63,709 nucleotides of DNA, filler included, from a candidate division WOR-3 bacterium (GCA_016934535.1; 9 parts of 8 records of this genome joined end to end with filler, not necessarily neighbours in it); one strand, 5' to 3'. Numbered from the whole stretch's first letter, positions 38,534 to 47,831 are shown. Notes: generated by a model not told the origin, from the sequence alone. Numbers and translations are program-made.

Positions 38534-39045
38534 ATGCGCTCCGTTTTTGAAAGCACATCAAGATAAATTTTCAGGTCTTCGTCTGAAAAACAGACAAAGA
38601 CTACCTCTTCTGGAAAAAAGTGTTCTTCAGAAAATTTCAACACGGTTGACACCGCTGTTTCTGCGGCCGCATTTTTAGGATAACCGTAAACGCCTGTGCT
38701 CACAGCTGGAAAAGCAATTTTTTTTATCTTGTTTTCCTCCGCCAGAAGAAGGCAGTTTTTGTAGCAATCTTCCAGAAGATCTGCTTCTCCTTTGTCTCCT
38801 CCCCTCCACACCGGACCGACCGTGTGTATTATGTATTTCGCTTTCATCTTGAAACCGGGAGTGATTTTGGCGCCGCCGGTTTTACAACCACCCAATTTTC
38901 TGCAGTGATCGAGAAGCTCAGGTCCTGCGGTCCTGTGGATTGCGCCGTCTACTCCTCCCCCGCCGAGAAGAGCCTCGTTCGCCGCGTTGACAACGGCTTC
39001 ACTTTCAATTTTCGTTATGTCGCCTCTGACGGCAGAAATTTTCAT
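38530..39045 (-). CDS. Macrodomain protein (O-acetyl-ADP-ribose deacetylase, YmdB/MacroD-like)
   Basis: GDIT, VNAANEALLGGGGVDGAIH, IIHTVGP and AFPAVSTGVYGYP. Confidence 0.95.
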   Translation of the reverse strand: MKISAVRGDITKIESEAVVNAANEALLGGGGVDGAIHRTAGPELLDHCRKLGGCKTGGAKITPGFKMKAKYIIHTVGPVWRGGDKGEADLLEDCYKNCLLLAEENKIKKIAFPAVSTGVYGYPKNAAAETAVSTVLKFSEEHFFPEEVVFVCFSDEDLKIYLDVLSKTERI

Positions 39046-39140
39046 TTACCCTTCAAAAACATTGTGGATTTTATAAAAATTTTAACATATAATCCGAAAA
39101 ATCAGCACCAGGATTTTATCACATATTTTTAGGAGGTTGC

Positions 39141-41177
39141 GTGAGAGTCTTCGCATTTTCCGTCCTATTTATAATGTTAGCTTTATCAAGTATTTTACCC
39201 GCCCAGGGGTACAAATATCATTCGTATTATTCAATTTTAGCTCAGTCTGGACTGGACGTTGATAGAATCCGGAGTGTCGAGGGGATTCTGATAGTCGGCA
39301 GAAACGACAAAAATATTTTCGTCGCGGCAGACGATATTTCTGCTTCAAAAGTCGCTTCTCTCGGTTACGTGATAACCAAATCCTCGCAGGATGAAATTTT
39401 CGGCGCTCCGCTTGACGGTTATTACCACACTTGGTCACAAGTCATGAGCGAGATAGATTCTTTCACAGAAACTTATCCGAACATAGCAAAGTGCGACACC
39501 ATAGGTTTTTCAGTTCAAAACAGACCCATCATCAGAGTTAAAATCAGCGACAATCCCGGCCAAAACGAACTCGAAGGCAGGATTCAGTTCAACGGTTGTC
39601 ATCACGGAAACGAAAAGATTTCGACCGAGATAAATCTGTATTTCATGCGTTATCTCTGCGAGAACTACGGCGTCTTGAGCGAAGTGACATCTCTCGTAGA
39701 CAACAGGGAGATATATTTCGTCCCGGTAGTCAATCCCGACGGTTTTGTCTTGAATCAGAGATACAACGCCAACAATATAGATCTCAACCGCGACTACGGA
39801 TACCACTGGTTCAACGAGAGCGGCGCCTCGAATCCTTTTTCTGAACCTGAATCCAGAACGATGAGGGACGACTTCATCTCGACAGGCTATTCAATTACAC
39901 TCGATTATCATTCGACGGCTTCTTACGTCAATTACCTGTGGGATTACTCTCCGAGAATTGTGCCGGATTACTACGAAGTGGTGAACATGTTCTCTCTTCC
40001 ATACGCCGATTCAACCGGTTACACGCCCATAAAAGGTTACGATTGGTACCAGATAGCGGGTTCATGCCAGGACGCAACCTACGGCCTTTTCGGCATTCTC
40101 GCCGTGACAATAGAATCTCAGATGCCTGGAGATCCCGACCCGGAATGCCTTAAAAACAGGGGCGCGATGAAATACGTCGCGAAACTCGCCGGATACGGCA
40201 TACAGGGCTACGTGCTCGACTCCGTCACCGGACAGCCTGTCGAGGCAGTTCTTTTCTTTCAAAAAGGTTCAGATCCGAAATGGCCTGTCAATTCGAGCGC
40301 TCTGTCTGGCGATTATCAAAAAATCCTTTCTCCGGGAACTTATTCAGTAACTGCTCACGCGCCGGGTCATGTTTCAAAGACTTTTTCTGTCCAGGTTTTA
40401 GCCGACACATCAATAAGGCAGGATTTCCATCTCGCACCATCGGACAGCCGTTTCGGAATGAGAATGATGTGCGCGAGACAGGAATACAGCAATTTCAGCA
40501 ACACCACTTACACTTTCGACGCCCTGGGACCCGCTGATGGAATTGCCATGTCTATGAACAGGCAGGGCTACGCGATAATAGATTTCGGAGAAAATTTCCC
40601 CGTGACAGACGTTGCGGGATACGATCTGAAAGTCTGCGAAGCAAACGACGGAACTGCTGATTCCTGTTTCGTTTATGTTGGCAACACTCCCGAATACGCC
40701 GGAACGTGGATTTATCTGGGAAAAATCTCGGGTACGGACAGTTTCGACATCTCCGCGACCGGTCTTTCGCAGGTCAGGTACGTGAAAATAATGGACGACG
40801 GAGGTTCGACTTCGGGAGCCAAACCGGGCTACGACCTCGACGCCGTCCAGGGCATCAATCAGCCAAATTCGATAGAAGAACCGGTTTATCCCGTCACACC
40901 AGGAAACGTCTCTTTTTCTCTGACCGGCGGCTTTTTTTCGGACAAAGAGCTTTTGATATCAAATCTCAGCACCGAAACCATCAGGGTTCAAATCTCTATT
41001 GCTGACGTCTCAGGGAGAGTTGTCGCGTCAGATGATATAACCGCCGGAGCCGGAACCACTTCATACTCCATCAAAAACAGCACACTCGGCAGAGAGATGA
41101 CTGGTTCAAACATTTACTTTTTGATAGTGGAAACCGATTTTATTTCCGAATCGTATAAAATACTTTTGTTCCGTTAA
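39141..41177 (+). CDS. Secreted M14 zinc carboxypeptidase with C-terminal sorting-like domain
   Basis: HHGNE (HxxE), NPDG, RYNANNIDLNRDY, DYHS and TIE; tail DVSGRVV...IYFLIV...KILLFR. Confidence 0.9.
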   Translation: MRVFAFSVLFIMLALSSILPAQGYKYHSYYSILAQSGLDVDRIRSVEGILIVGRNDKNIFVAADDISASKVASLGYVITKSSQDEIFGAPLDGYYHTWSQVMSEIDSFTETYPNIAKCDTIGFSVQNRPIIRVKISDNPGQNELEGRIQFNGCHHGNEKISTEINLYFMRYLCENYGVLSEVTSLVDNREIYFVPVVNPDGFVLNQRYNANNIDLNRDYGYHWFNESGASNPFSEPESRTMRDDFISTGYSITLDYHSTASYVNYLWDYSPRIVPDYYEVVNMFSLPYADSTGYTPIKGYDWYQIAGSCQDATYGLFGILAVTIESQMPGDPDPECLKNRGAMKYVAKLAGYGIQGYVLDSVTGQPVEAVLFFQKGSDPKWPVNSSALSGDYQKILSPGTYSVTAHAPGHVSKTFSVQVLADTSIRQDFHLAPSDSRFGMRMMCARQEYSNFSNTTYTFDALGPADGIAMSMNRQGYAIIDFGENFPVTDVAGYDLKVCEANDGTADSCFVYVGNTPEYAGTWIYLGKISGTDSFDISATGLSQVRYVKIMDDGGSTSGAKPGYDLDAVQGINQPNSIEEPVYPVTPGNVSFSLTGGFFSDKELLISNLSTETIRVQISIADVSGRVVASDDITAGAGTTSYSIKNSTLGREMTGSNIYFLIVETDFISESYKILLFR

Positions 41178-41202
41178 AAACGATTGGTAGAAGCGGGAAA
41201 AG

Positions 41203-42972
41203 TTATTCTTCTCTGTTTAGAAATTCGAGTATGGTGGCGGCTTTTTTTTCGCTTATGGATTTAATTTGAGTTAAATCTTTTATCGAACTGTTTTTGATAT
41301 TTTCTGTATTTTTGAATTTTTTTCTCAGCTCTCTGGCCGTCTTCTCTCCGACGCCGGGAATTTCCAAAAAAGAGGACTTGAACAAATTTTTTGTCCTTTT
41401 CTTCCTGTGAGCGGTAATACCAAACCTGTGACACTCGTCCCTGATTCTCTTCAGAAGAAAAAGTACGGGAGAAAAACCGGGAAATGTCATCATATTTCCG
41501 TCCTCGAAATGTACGCTTTCGAGTCTTTTCGCAATCGAAATTGTTTTTACGTCAAGACCGGAATATTTCATTGCCGAAACAGCCGATTTGAGCTGTTCGG
41601 GTCCTCCGTCTACAATGACGAGATCGGGTTTTTCAAGGTCGCCGGATATAACACGGTTTGAAAATTTTTCCGCGATAAATCCAACCGCTTTCAAATCGTC
41701 GAAACCTTCCGGGATGTCGTATTGCCTGTACATGCTTTTGTTCGGCTTCGCGTTCTTGAAACATATCTGGCTTCCTTTTATCTCCCTGAATTTGGTGTGC
41801 GAGACGTCGAAACAGTAAATCACAGCCGGAGTGTTTTCGAGTTTCAAAGCGACGGCGAAATCCCTTAACAGGGGAGGGACGCCTCGTTTTACAGGTACCA
41901 GAGCGCTCAAGGCGATTTTTGACGTCTCTTCAATTTTTTCTTTTTCAAACTGGTTTTTCGGCGTCTTTATTGATGTCCTGACCCCGTGAGTCTCTTTTAT
42001 CCATTCCTCGAGAAGTTTTTTTTCCTGAACATTTGCGCCGGTTAAAATAATCATGGGCGGTTGTCTCGACCTGTAGAAATCGACGATAAACCTGCCGAGG
42101 GCTTCATCGTCGTCGGTCTCCTGGAAAATATCCGTCATCACTGGAAAAGCTTCATGGAGTCTTCCTTCCCTTATCTGCATGACGAAAAAACAGCCCTTTC
42201 TCCCCCTTCTCGCGAATCCCAAAAGATCCCTGTCCCTGCCGTCGTTGAAAATGGCTCTCTCTCCGAACATGACATTCTTCATGTGATTTATAGCGTCTCT
42301 TTTCTCCGCCGCTTTTTCGTACTCTGTTTTCAGGGACAATTCAGCCATTTCAGTTTCGAATTTTTTTATAAGCTTTTTGACTCCTCCGGATAAAAAACCG
42401 GCAAATGAATTCATACTTTCCCTGTAATCGGGCAAAGTTATCTTTCCCGCGCAAGGCGCCGAACAGAGCCCTATGTGAAAATCGAGGCATTCTTTCGACT
42501 GCAGCGGCCCCTTGCATGACCTGTACCTGAAATATTTTCTCGACAAAAACAGCGTGTTCCTAAGTGAATTGGGCTTGAGATATGGACCAAAATATTTAGC
42601 CCCGTCCTTTTTCACTCTCCTGACGACCTCCGGATACGGCCATTTTTCCTTGAAATCAATTCTTATGTATGGGAACCTCTTGTCGTCCTTAAGAAGCACA
42701 TTGTATTTAGGCTTGTGGAATTTTATCAGGTCGGCTTCGAGAATCAGCGCTTCCTGCTCGTTCTTGAGAGTCAGGAAATCGAGACTTCGTGAAAACTTCA
42801 GAAGATGAAAATTTTTCGGGCTATCTTCGTTGAAATAATTTACTATGCGCTTTTTTATGCTTTTCGCTTTGCCTATGTAAAGAGGCTTTCCATTTCCATC
42901 CCTGAAAATATACACGCCGGGTGTGTCCGGCGCGTTTTTGGCTTTTTCTTTTATCTTTTCTTTGTTTTTCAC
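41203..42972 (-). CDS. uvrC: Excinuclease ABC subunit C
   Basis: PGVYIF...YIGKAK GIY-YIG domain, PKYNVLLKDDKRFPY, FDVSH, DGG, RDECHRF and an HhH tail. Confidence 0.96.
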   Translation of the reverse strand: MKNKEKIKEKAKNAPDTPGVYIFRDGNGKPLYIGKAKSIKKRIVNYFNEDSPKNFHLLKFSRSLDFLTLKNEQEALILEADLIKFHKPKYNVLLKDDKRFPYIRIDFKEKWPYPEVVRRVKKDGAKYFGPYLKPNSLRNTLFLSRKYFRYRSCKGPLQSKECLDFHIGLCSAPCAGKITLPDYRESMNSFAGFLSGGVKKLIKKFETEMAELSLKTEYEKAAEKRDAINHMKNVMFGERAIFNDGRDRDLLGFARRGRKGCFFVMQIREGRLHEAFPVMTDIFQETDDDEALGRFIVDFYRSRQPPMIILTGANVQEKKLLEEWIKETHGVRTSIKTPKNQFEKEKIEETSKIALSALVPVKRGVPPLLRDFAVALKLENTPAVIYCFDVSHTKFREIKGSQICFKNAKPNKSMYRQYDIPEGFDDLKAVGFIAEKFSNRVISGDLEKPDLVIVDGGPEQLKSAVSAMKYSGLDVKTISIAKRLESVHFEDGNMMTFPGFSPVLFLLKRIRDECHRFGITAHRKKRTKNLFKSSFLEIPGVGEKTARELRKKFKNTENIKNSSIKDLTQIKSISEKKAATILEFLNREE

Positions 42973-42985
42973 AAGAAAAGGCTTG

Positions 42986-44743
42986 TCACCTCACAACTGC
43001 TATTCTCGCTATGTCCTTGCCGTATCCGGTTTCCAGAACAAGAAAATATAGGCCCGAGGCGACGAAGTCTCTGTTCTCGTTCATCCCTTCCCAGTACATA
43101 ACGTGTCTGCCGTCGTCTATCACACCGAGCTCGTACTTCCAAACCATCGTACCGTCGAGTGAAAACACGTAAAAGCTGGCATAAGTTCTGTCCAGCAGGA
43201 TGTACTCAATGCACAAAACATCTGTGTTTGAAGGCTTGAAAGGATTAGGATATATTAGCTGTATCGAGTTTTCGGTTACAGGTTCTACATCAGGGGTCTG
43301 ACTGTGAAGAGCTCTGTAGATATTAACTACGCCCCATCCTGTGCTGTCGTCAGGGCTGGAGCTTTGTGAAGCAGTTGATTTGAGCGCGTTAATAACATCC
43401 GAAACCCTCCACGAAGGATGCGCTTGAAGAAGAAGGGCGACGCCTCCGGCAGTGACTGCCGTCGCGCATGATGTCCCGCCCGCATAACTGTAGCCGCTAT
43501 CGCCGGTGTTAGGTTCAACTGTCAGAGCCCACCAGGAGGCTGAGACCTCGGGTTTTCTTCTTCCGTCTACGGTCGGTCCGCACGCGCTCGCGTACCATGT
43601 GCTGTTGGATGTTGAAAATCTCTTGTAATGAGCTCCGGTCGAATCAGTTCCGCCCATAGTCAATATGGAGTCGGCGTCAGCCGGCGTTTTTATACAAGTG
43701 TCGAGATCAGGCTCCATCGCAGTATTTGTCCATGTTATGTTGCTTATTGCAGTGAGGACGACTATTCCGGCTCTTGAGGCTAAAAATGCCGCTCTCGCCG
43801 CGTAAGTCGTGTTTCCGTCCATGGAATTATATGACCAGTCGAGAGTGTCTCTGAATATTTTGTAAGAAAGGCTCGAAGATATTATGTCCGCTCCCGCCGA
43901 GTCGGCCCTTTCGGCGGCCAATACCCACCAGTGCTCTTCATGAACCACGTCGAGGCTGTTGCCGTCGTACCATTCTGTCTTGTACAGGCAGTAATAAGAA
44001 TTCTTTGCCGCTCCGATCAGCATTCCGGATTTATCACCCGCAAGGAGACCGAACATCCTGGTTCCGTGCCTGAATTCACCGAGGGGATCGGGGTAATTTA
44101 TTGTGTCGAGCGGATCCCCCTGAGCCGTAGAATGATTGCCGTTGACGAAATCCCACTCGTCAAATATTTTGACGCTGTCAACTTCTGAAAACCTTTTAAG
44201 CGCTTCGTGAGTCCTGTTGAAACCTGAATCGAATATTGATATGATGACGCCTTCGCCTCTGTATCCTTCATCGTGGCATTGTTTAATACCAAGGAACGAA
44301 AGCTGGAACTCGCTGGGTCCGTATATAAGATCGCTGTCAAATGATTTATAAATTTCGGTCTGGTCTAATTCGGATTCGCAACTGTTTACCCTGTCAATAT
44401 AACTTACAAAACCGAGTCTTTCTATGTTTTGTAAAACCGAGGGATCGTCAGTTCTTACCACAACCGAATTCAGCCATTTCGAGCTTCCAATTATTTCCGC
44501 TCCGGAATTCTTGACTTCGTCGACGTAAAACGGGCTCGGAGGTGCGTCGTCCAGAGTTACCCCAGAACCTCTTATCGTTCTCCTCCACAGTGACCTCGGG
44601 GAGAGAAGGTTTTCGGCCTCTTGCAGCACTGCGTCAATTCCTCCCCTTCTCTCGACGTCCTTGTCGGTGAAGAAAACCCAGTAATCTGCTCCTTCGATGC
44701 ACATAGCAGAAAACAGCATTAATATAATTGATAATTTTTTCAT
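42986..44743 (-). CDS. Secreted subtilisin-like (S8) peptidase with FlgD-Ig tail
   Basis: Triad motifs FDSGF, HGT and GGTSCAT; C-terminal YPNPF...WEG...VASGLYFL. Confidence 0.9.
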   Translation of the reverse strand: MKKLSIILMLFSAMCIEGADYWVFFTDKDVERRGGIDAVLQEAENLLSPRSLWRRTIRGSGVTLDDAPPSPFYVDEVKNSGAEIIGSSKWLNSVVVRTDDPSVLQNIERLGFVSYIDRVNSCESELDQTEIYKSFDSDLIYGPSEFQLSFLGIKQCHDEGYRGEGVIISIFDSGFNRTHEALKRFSEVDSVKIFDEWDFVNGNHSTAQGDPLDTINYPDPLGEFRHGTRMFGLLAGDKSGMLIGAAKNSYYCLYKTEWYDGNSLDVVHEEHWWVLAAERADSAGADIISSSLSYKIFRDTLDWSYNSMDGNTTYAARAAFLASRAGIVVLTAISNITWTNTAMEPDLDTCIKTPADADSILTMGGTDSTGAHYKRFSTSNSTWYASACGPTVDGRRKPEVSASWWALTVEPNTGDSGYSYAGGTSCATAVTAGGVALLLQAHPSWRVSDVINALKSTASQSSSPDDSTGWGVVNIYRALHSQTPDVEPVTENSIQLIYPNPFKPSNTDVLCIEYILLDRTYASFYVFSLDGTMVWKYELGVIDDGRHVMYWEGMNENRDFVASGLYFLVLETGYGKDIARIAVVR

Positions 44744-44759
44744 TTTTCCTCCGTTAAAA

Positions 44760-45953
44760 TTACTTGAAAACCATTTTCATGAGGGTTGGAACTATTGACG
44801 ATGACATTTTAAAAAGAACCGGAACCGATTTAATCAGTCCCAGAAGCATTTCGTCCGCCGAAAACTCTTCAATATTCTTTCCGTCGAGATTCTTTTTAGC
44901 CCATTCGAAAACGGGCGGTAGAAGTTTTTTGTCGTTGGCTACATAAATATTTCTGAGAAAAAGTCTCTGTTCGAACTGTCTTCCCTCTCCGTGCCACCAC
45001 GCCTTGTCGTATATGCCGGAATCCTCCAATTTGTCTTTTTTCAAAAGTTTCGTCGCTATTTCGGACGCCAGCTTTGCTGATGTCAGAGCGGGGCCTATTC
45101 CGCCTCCGCTCAAAGGATCGGCCAGCCTCGCCGCGTCTCCGACGAGAAAGACACCTTTGGCTGAAATTCTCTCCATTTTTTTCACGGGCACAACTCCGGC
45201 CAGTTCCGATACAATTCCGACGCCCTGAAAGTCCCTGTTCAGCCATTCGCCGAGTCTCTCGAACGCTCTCTTGCCTCCTGCGTCGCCTCTTATGCCGAGG
45301 CCTATGTTCGCTGCGTGATTTTCCTTGGGAAAACTCCAGGCGTATCCTCCCGTGAAAAGATCTTCGTCGAGGGCTAAAAGAAGGGTTTCATCCTCCTCCC
45401 TGCCTGAGACGTCGGCTCTGACCTCACAACAGGAATAAATGTCCTTGGGTGCAATGCTCGTGTCTATGCCGGCCATCTTGCCAACAACAGATTCCGGTCC
45501 GTCGGCTCCGATTACAATTTTCGCCTCGACCTCTATGGTGGATCCGTCTTTGGTTCCTCTTGCCGTCCAAAGACCGTCCCTTGATTCCAATTCATTTACA
45601 GAAAAGCCCAAAATTATTTCGGCTCCCTCTCTGGCGGCCAAAAAAGCGATGTGCTGGTCGAAAAGAGCCCTGTTGAGAATGACGCCGTGCCCCGGAGCTT
45701 TGAGCCTCACCCTTTCGCCCTTGTAGTCTATAATTATTTTGTCAATTTTACAGGATATCAGGTTTTCTGGTATGTCGCCGACGACATCCCTTATGGTCGG
45801 CAGGTCTAAGCCTTCGGCACACCTTATGTCTTTTGCAATTTCGCGGTTTCTTTCCGCGATGACGACCTTAAAACCCTCGTGAGCCAAAAATCTCGCCGCA
45901 GTTGCACCGGCGGGTCCGCAGCCGACTACGAGTATGTCACTTTTTATCTTCAT
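44760..45953 (-). CDS. Geranylgeranyl reductase family FAD oxidoreductase (DGGR-like)
   Basis: VGCGPAG, RCAEG, GADG, GGYAWSFPK and VGDAARLADPLSGGGI. Confidence 0.85.
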   Translation of the reverse strand: MKIKSDILVVGCGPAGATAARFLAHEGFKVVIAERNREIAKDIRCAEGLDLPTIRDVVGDIPENLISCKIDKIIIDYKGERVRLKAPGHGVILNRALFDQHIAFLAAREGAEIILGFSVNELESRDGLWTARGTKDGSTIEVEAKIVIGADGPESVVGKMAGIDTSIAPKDIYSCCEVRADVSGREEDETLLLALDEDLFTGGYAWSFPKENHAANIGLGIRGDAGGKRAFERLGEWLNRDFQGVGIVSELAGVVPVKKMERISAKGVFLVGDAARLADPLSGGGIGPALTSAKLASEIATKLLKKDKLEDSGIYDKAWWHGEGRQFEQRLFLRNIYVANDKKLLPPVFEWAKKNLDGKNIEEFSADEMLLGLIKSVPVLFKMSSSIVPTLMKMVFK

Positions 45954-46140
45954 CTTCGGCTCCGGCAGTTATCGCGCCTTGGGGGCACACTTTTTCGCAG
46001 TTAAAACAGGACACGCATTTTTTCGGTGAATAATGCAGTTTTCCTGATCTGACTATCAGAGCCAGGGGTTTGCACACGGCGACACAGCCGCCGCATACCC
46101 TGCATTTTAAATGGTCGATCGATATTTTTATCATTTTCAC
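45937..46140 (-). CDS. 2x[4Fe-4S] ferredoxin
   Basis: CRVCGGCVAVCKP and CVSCFNCEKVCP. Confidence 0.92.
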   Translation of the reverse strand: MKMIKISIDHLKCRVCGGCVAVCKPLALIVRSGKLHYSPKKCVSCFNCEKVCPQGAITAGAEDEDKK

Positions 46141-46250
46141 TCCATAAGCAATTCGGGCAGGTTTCTGCCGACGGTTCTGACGTATATGAAATACGCTGTA
46201 ATGGAAGGAATTATACTCAAAGCGAGCAATATAATCAAAAGTAAAATTAT
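46137..46250 (-). CDS. C-terminal fragment of a membrane protein
   Basis: IILLLIILLALSIIPSITAYFIYVRTVGRNLPELLME*; its stop overlaps the ferredoxin GTG (GTGA). Confidence 0.6.
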   Translation of the reverse strand: MILLLIILLALSIIPSITAYFIYVRTVGRNLPELLME

Positions 46251-46350
46251 NNNNNNNNNNNNNNNNNNNNNNNNNNNNNNNNNNNNNNNNNNNNTTAATT
46301 AATTAANNNNNNNNNNNNNNNNNNNNNNNNNNNNNNNNNNNNNNNNNNNN
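46251..46350. other. Artificial contig spacer
   Basis: N-run + TTAATTAATTAA + N-run. Confidence 0.98.
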
Positions 46351-46430
46351 AAATCAGTGATAAAAATCAAAAGAGCCAGCAACAGTGCTATTGCCGCAAT
46401 AATCAAATGCGTTCTGGTTCTTAAAGACAA
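46351..46430 (-). CDS. N-terminal fragment of a membrane or exported protein
   Basis: AAGGA RBS then TTG: MSLRTRTHLIIAAIALLLALLIFITD. Confidence 0.45.
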
Positions 46431-46547
46431 AGTCCTTCCTTTTTCGGATATTTTACAGGAATTTGATTTTTTTTGAAACAGCGAATTTTTAATGTCTTCA
46501 GCCGCAAAATTCAATGGCTATTGAACAATTTGATCTTCCTTTTTCTT

Positions 46548-47639
46548 TCATGAACATGATACAATCCAGCGTAAATGTTTCTCGGGGCATCTTTTTTCCT
46601 TTTTTAGAGTAAAGACTGAAGATGCCCCATTCCTTTTATTGATGCAACCTTTTTGGGATAATCCGCTTTTTATTCGTAAATATACATGCCGCACGACTCG
46701 TAAATTAACATGCCGTTGTACATCAAACGCTTTCAGTGCATTTTCCTCCGTATCAGCCATGTACATTTCCTGAATCATGAACTTAGCCTTTGATTGAACA
46801 CTCTTCGTCATTTTGTCAAGAATGTTTGCGGTTTTATGCACCCAACACCGCTGCCGTTTTGTTTCAGGGAACACCTCATCAAGAGCTTTCCAGAAACCCA
46901 ATGCCCCGTCACCGATCGCAAGCTTTGGATCAACCTGCATTCCTTGTTTTTTGAGCCCCAAAAGCATTTCTTTCCAGCTTTCCGTACTTTCCCGATACCC
47001 GTCGTTAACTGCCAGTAATTCCTTGTTTCCAGAGCTGTCAGCCCCCATAATAACCAGGATGCAGCTTCGTTCACTTTCCAGCCGGACATTGAAATAGATG
47101 CCATCAGCCCAAATATAGGCATATTTATTTTTGCTTAGATCTCGTTTTGACCAAATCAGGAAATCGTTTTCCCAACTCTTTTTCAGACGGACTATATTGG
47201 TCGCTGACAAACCTTTAGCACCCTCTCCTAAAATTGATGCCAAGGCATCCTGAAATCCATTGGTAGATATTCCCTTCAGGTAGAGCACCGGAATCAGGTT
47301 ATCGACACTTGGAATCTTTCGGAGATATCGGGGCAGGATGGCGCTAGTGAATCGTTCTTCCGTCCCCTGATCAAGTTTTCTGTCGTCTACCCGAGGCGCT
47401 TTCACATTGAATGGACCCAAGCCTGTAATAATTTTTCTCTCCGGATAATATCCGTTCCTCACGACTATCCTACGGCCTTTCTCATCGACTCTCTTTGAGT
47501 GTTTTTCAATAAATTCGTCTATCTCGTTTTCAATGGCCTGGATCAACATCCGTTGAGCTCCTTCTCTCAAAACTTTTTCCAGTACAGACCAACTGTATGT
47601 ATCTTTATCTTGTTGAATTTTTGTGGTATAATCCTTCAT
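46548..47639 (-). pseudogene. IS256 transposase, C-terminally truncated
   Basis: RNGY, APRVDDR, LYLKGIST, WADG, GDGALGFW and QRCWVHK. Similarity ends at KAFD and the segment carrying the catalytic Glu is absent. Confidence 0.88.
46674..46722 (-). mobile_element. IS21-like terminus inserted into the IS256 transposase gene
   Basis: The minus strand reads TGTACAA then two 18-nt repeats CGGCATGT(TA/AT)ATTTACGA spaced 24 nt apart. Confidence 0.6.
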
Positions 47640-47731
47640 AGAGCATCTCCTTTTGTTGCTGGTGTGGTACCAACATTTTACAGGAGGATTTGCTCTTTTT
47701 TTATCTCATCCACAACTTTTGATTATAACTC
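46723..47731 (-). mobile_element. IS256-family element, truncated
   Basis: Left end GAGTTATAATCAAAAGTTGTGG at 47731 followed by the transposase gene; no right end present. Confidence 0.85.
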
Positions 47732-47770
47732 AAGCACAGTCAGTTAAATTCCCTATTATTTTATAATGTG

Positions 47771-47822
47771 GTTGACAATAAAAATAAATAAGTTGACAAT
47801 ATGAAGCGATTACATTGACAAA
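47771..47822 (+). promoter_or_regulatory. Three phased TTGACAA direct repeats upstream of the wHTH-ATPase gene
   Basis: GTTGACAATA at 47771 and 47792, TTGACAAA at 47815. Confidence 0.6.
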
Positions 47823-47831
47823 AGAGTTTTA

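Noticed and set aside
38530-39045. DarG antitoxin of a DarTG system
   Set aside because: A stand-alone YmdB/MacroD-type domain without a DarG C-terminal region, and no DarT-like ADP-ribosyltransferase adjacent.
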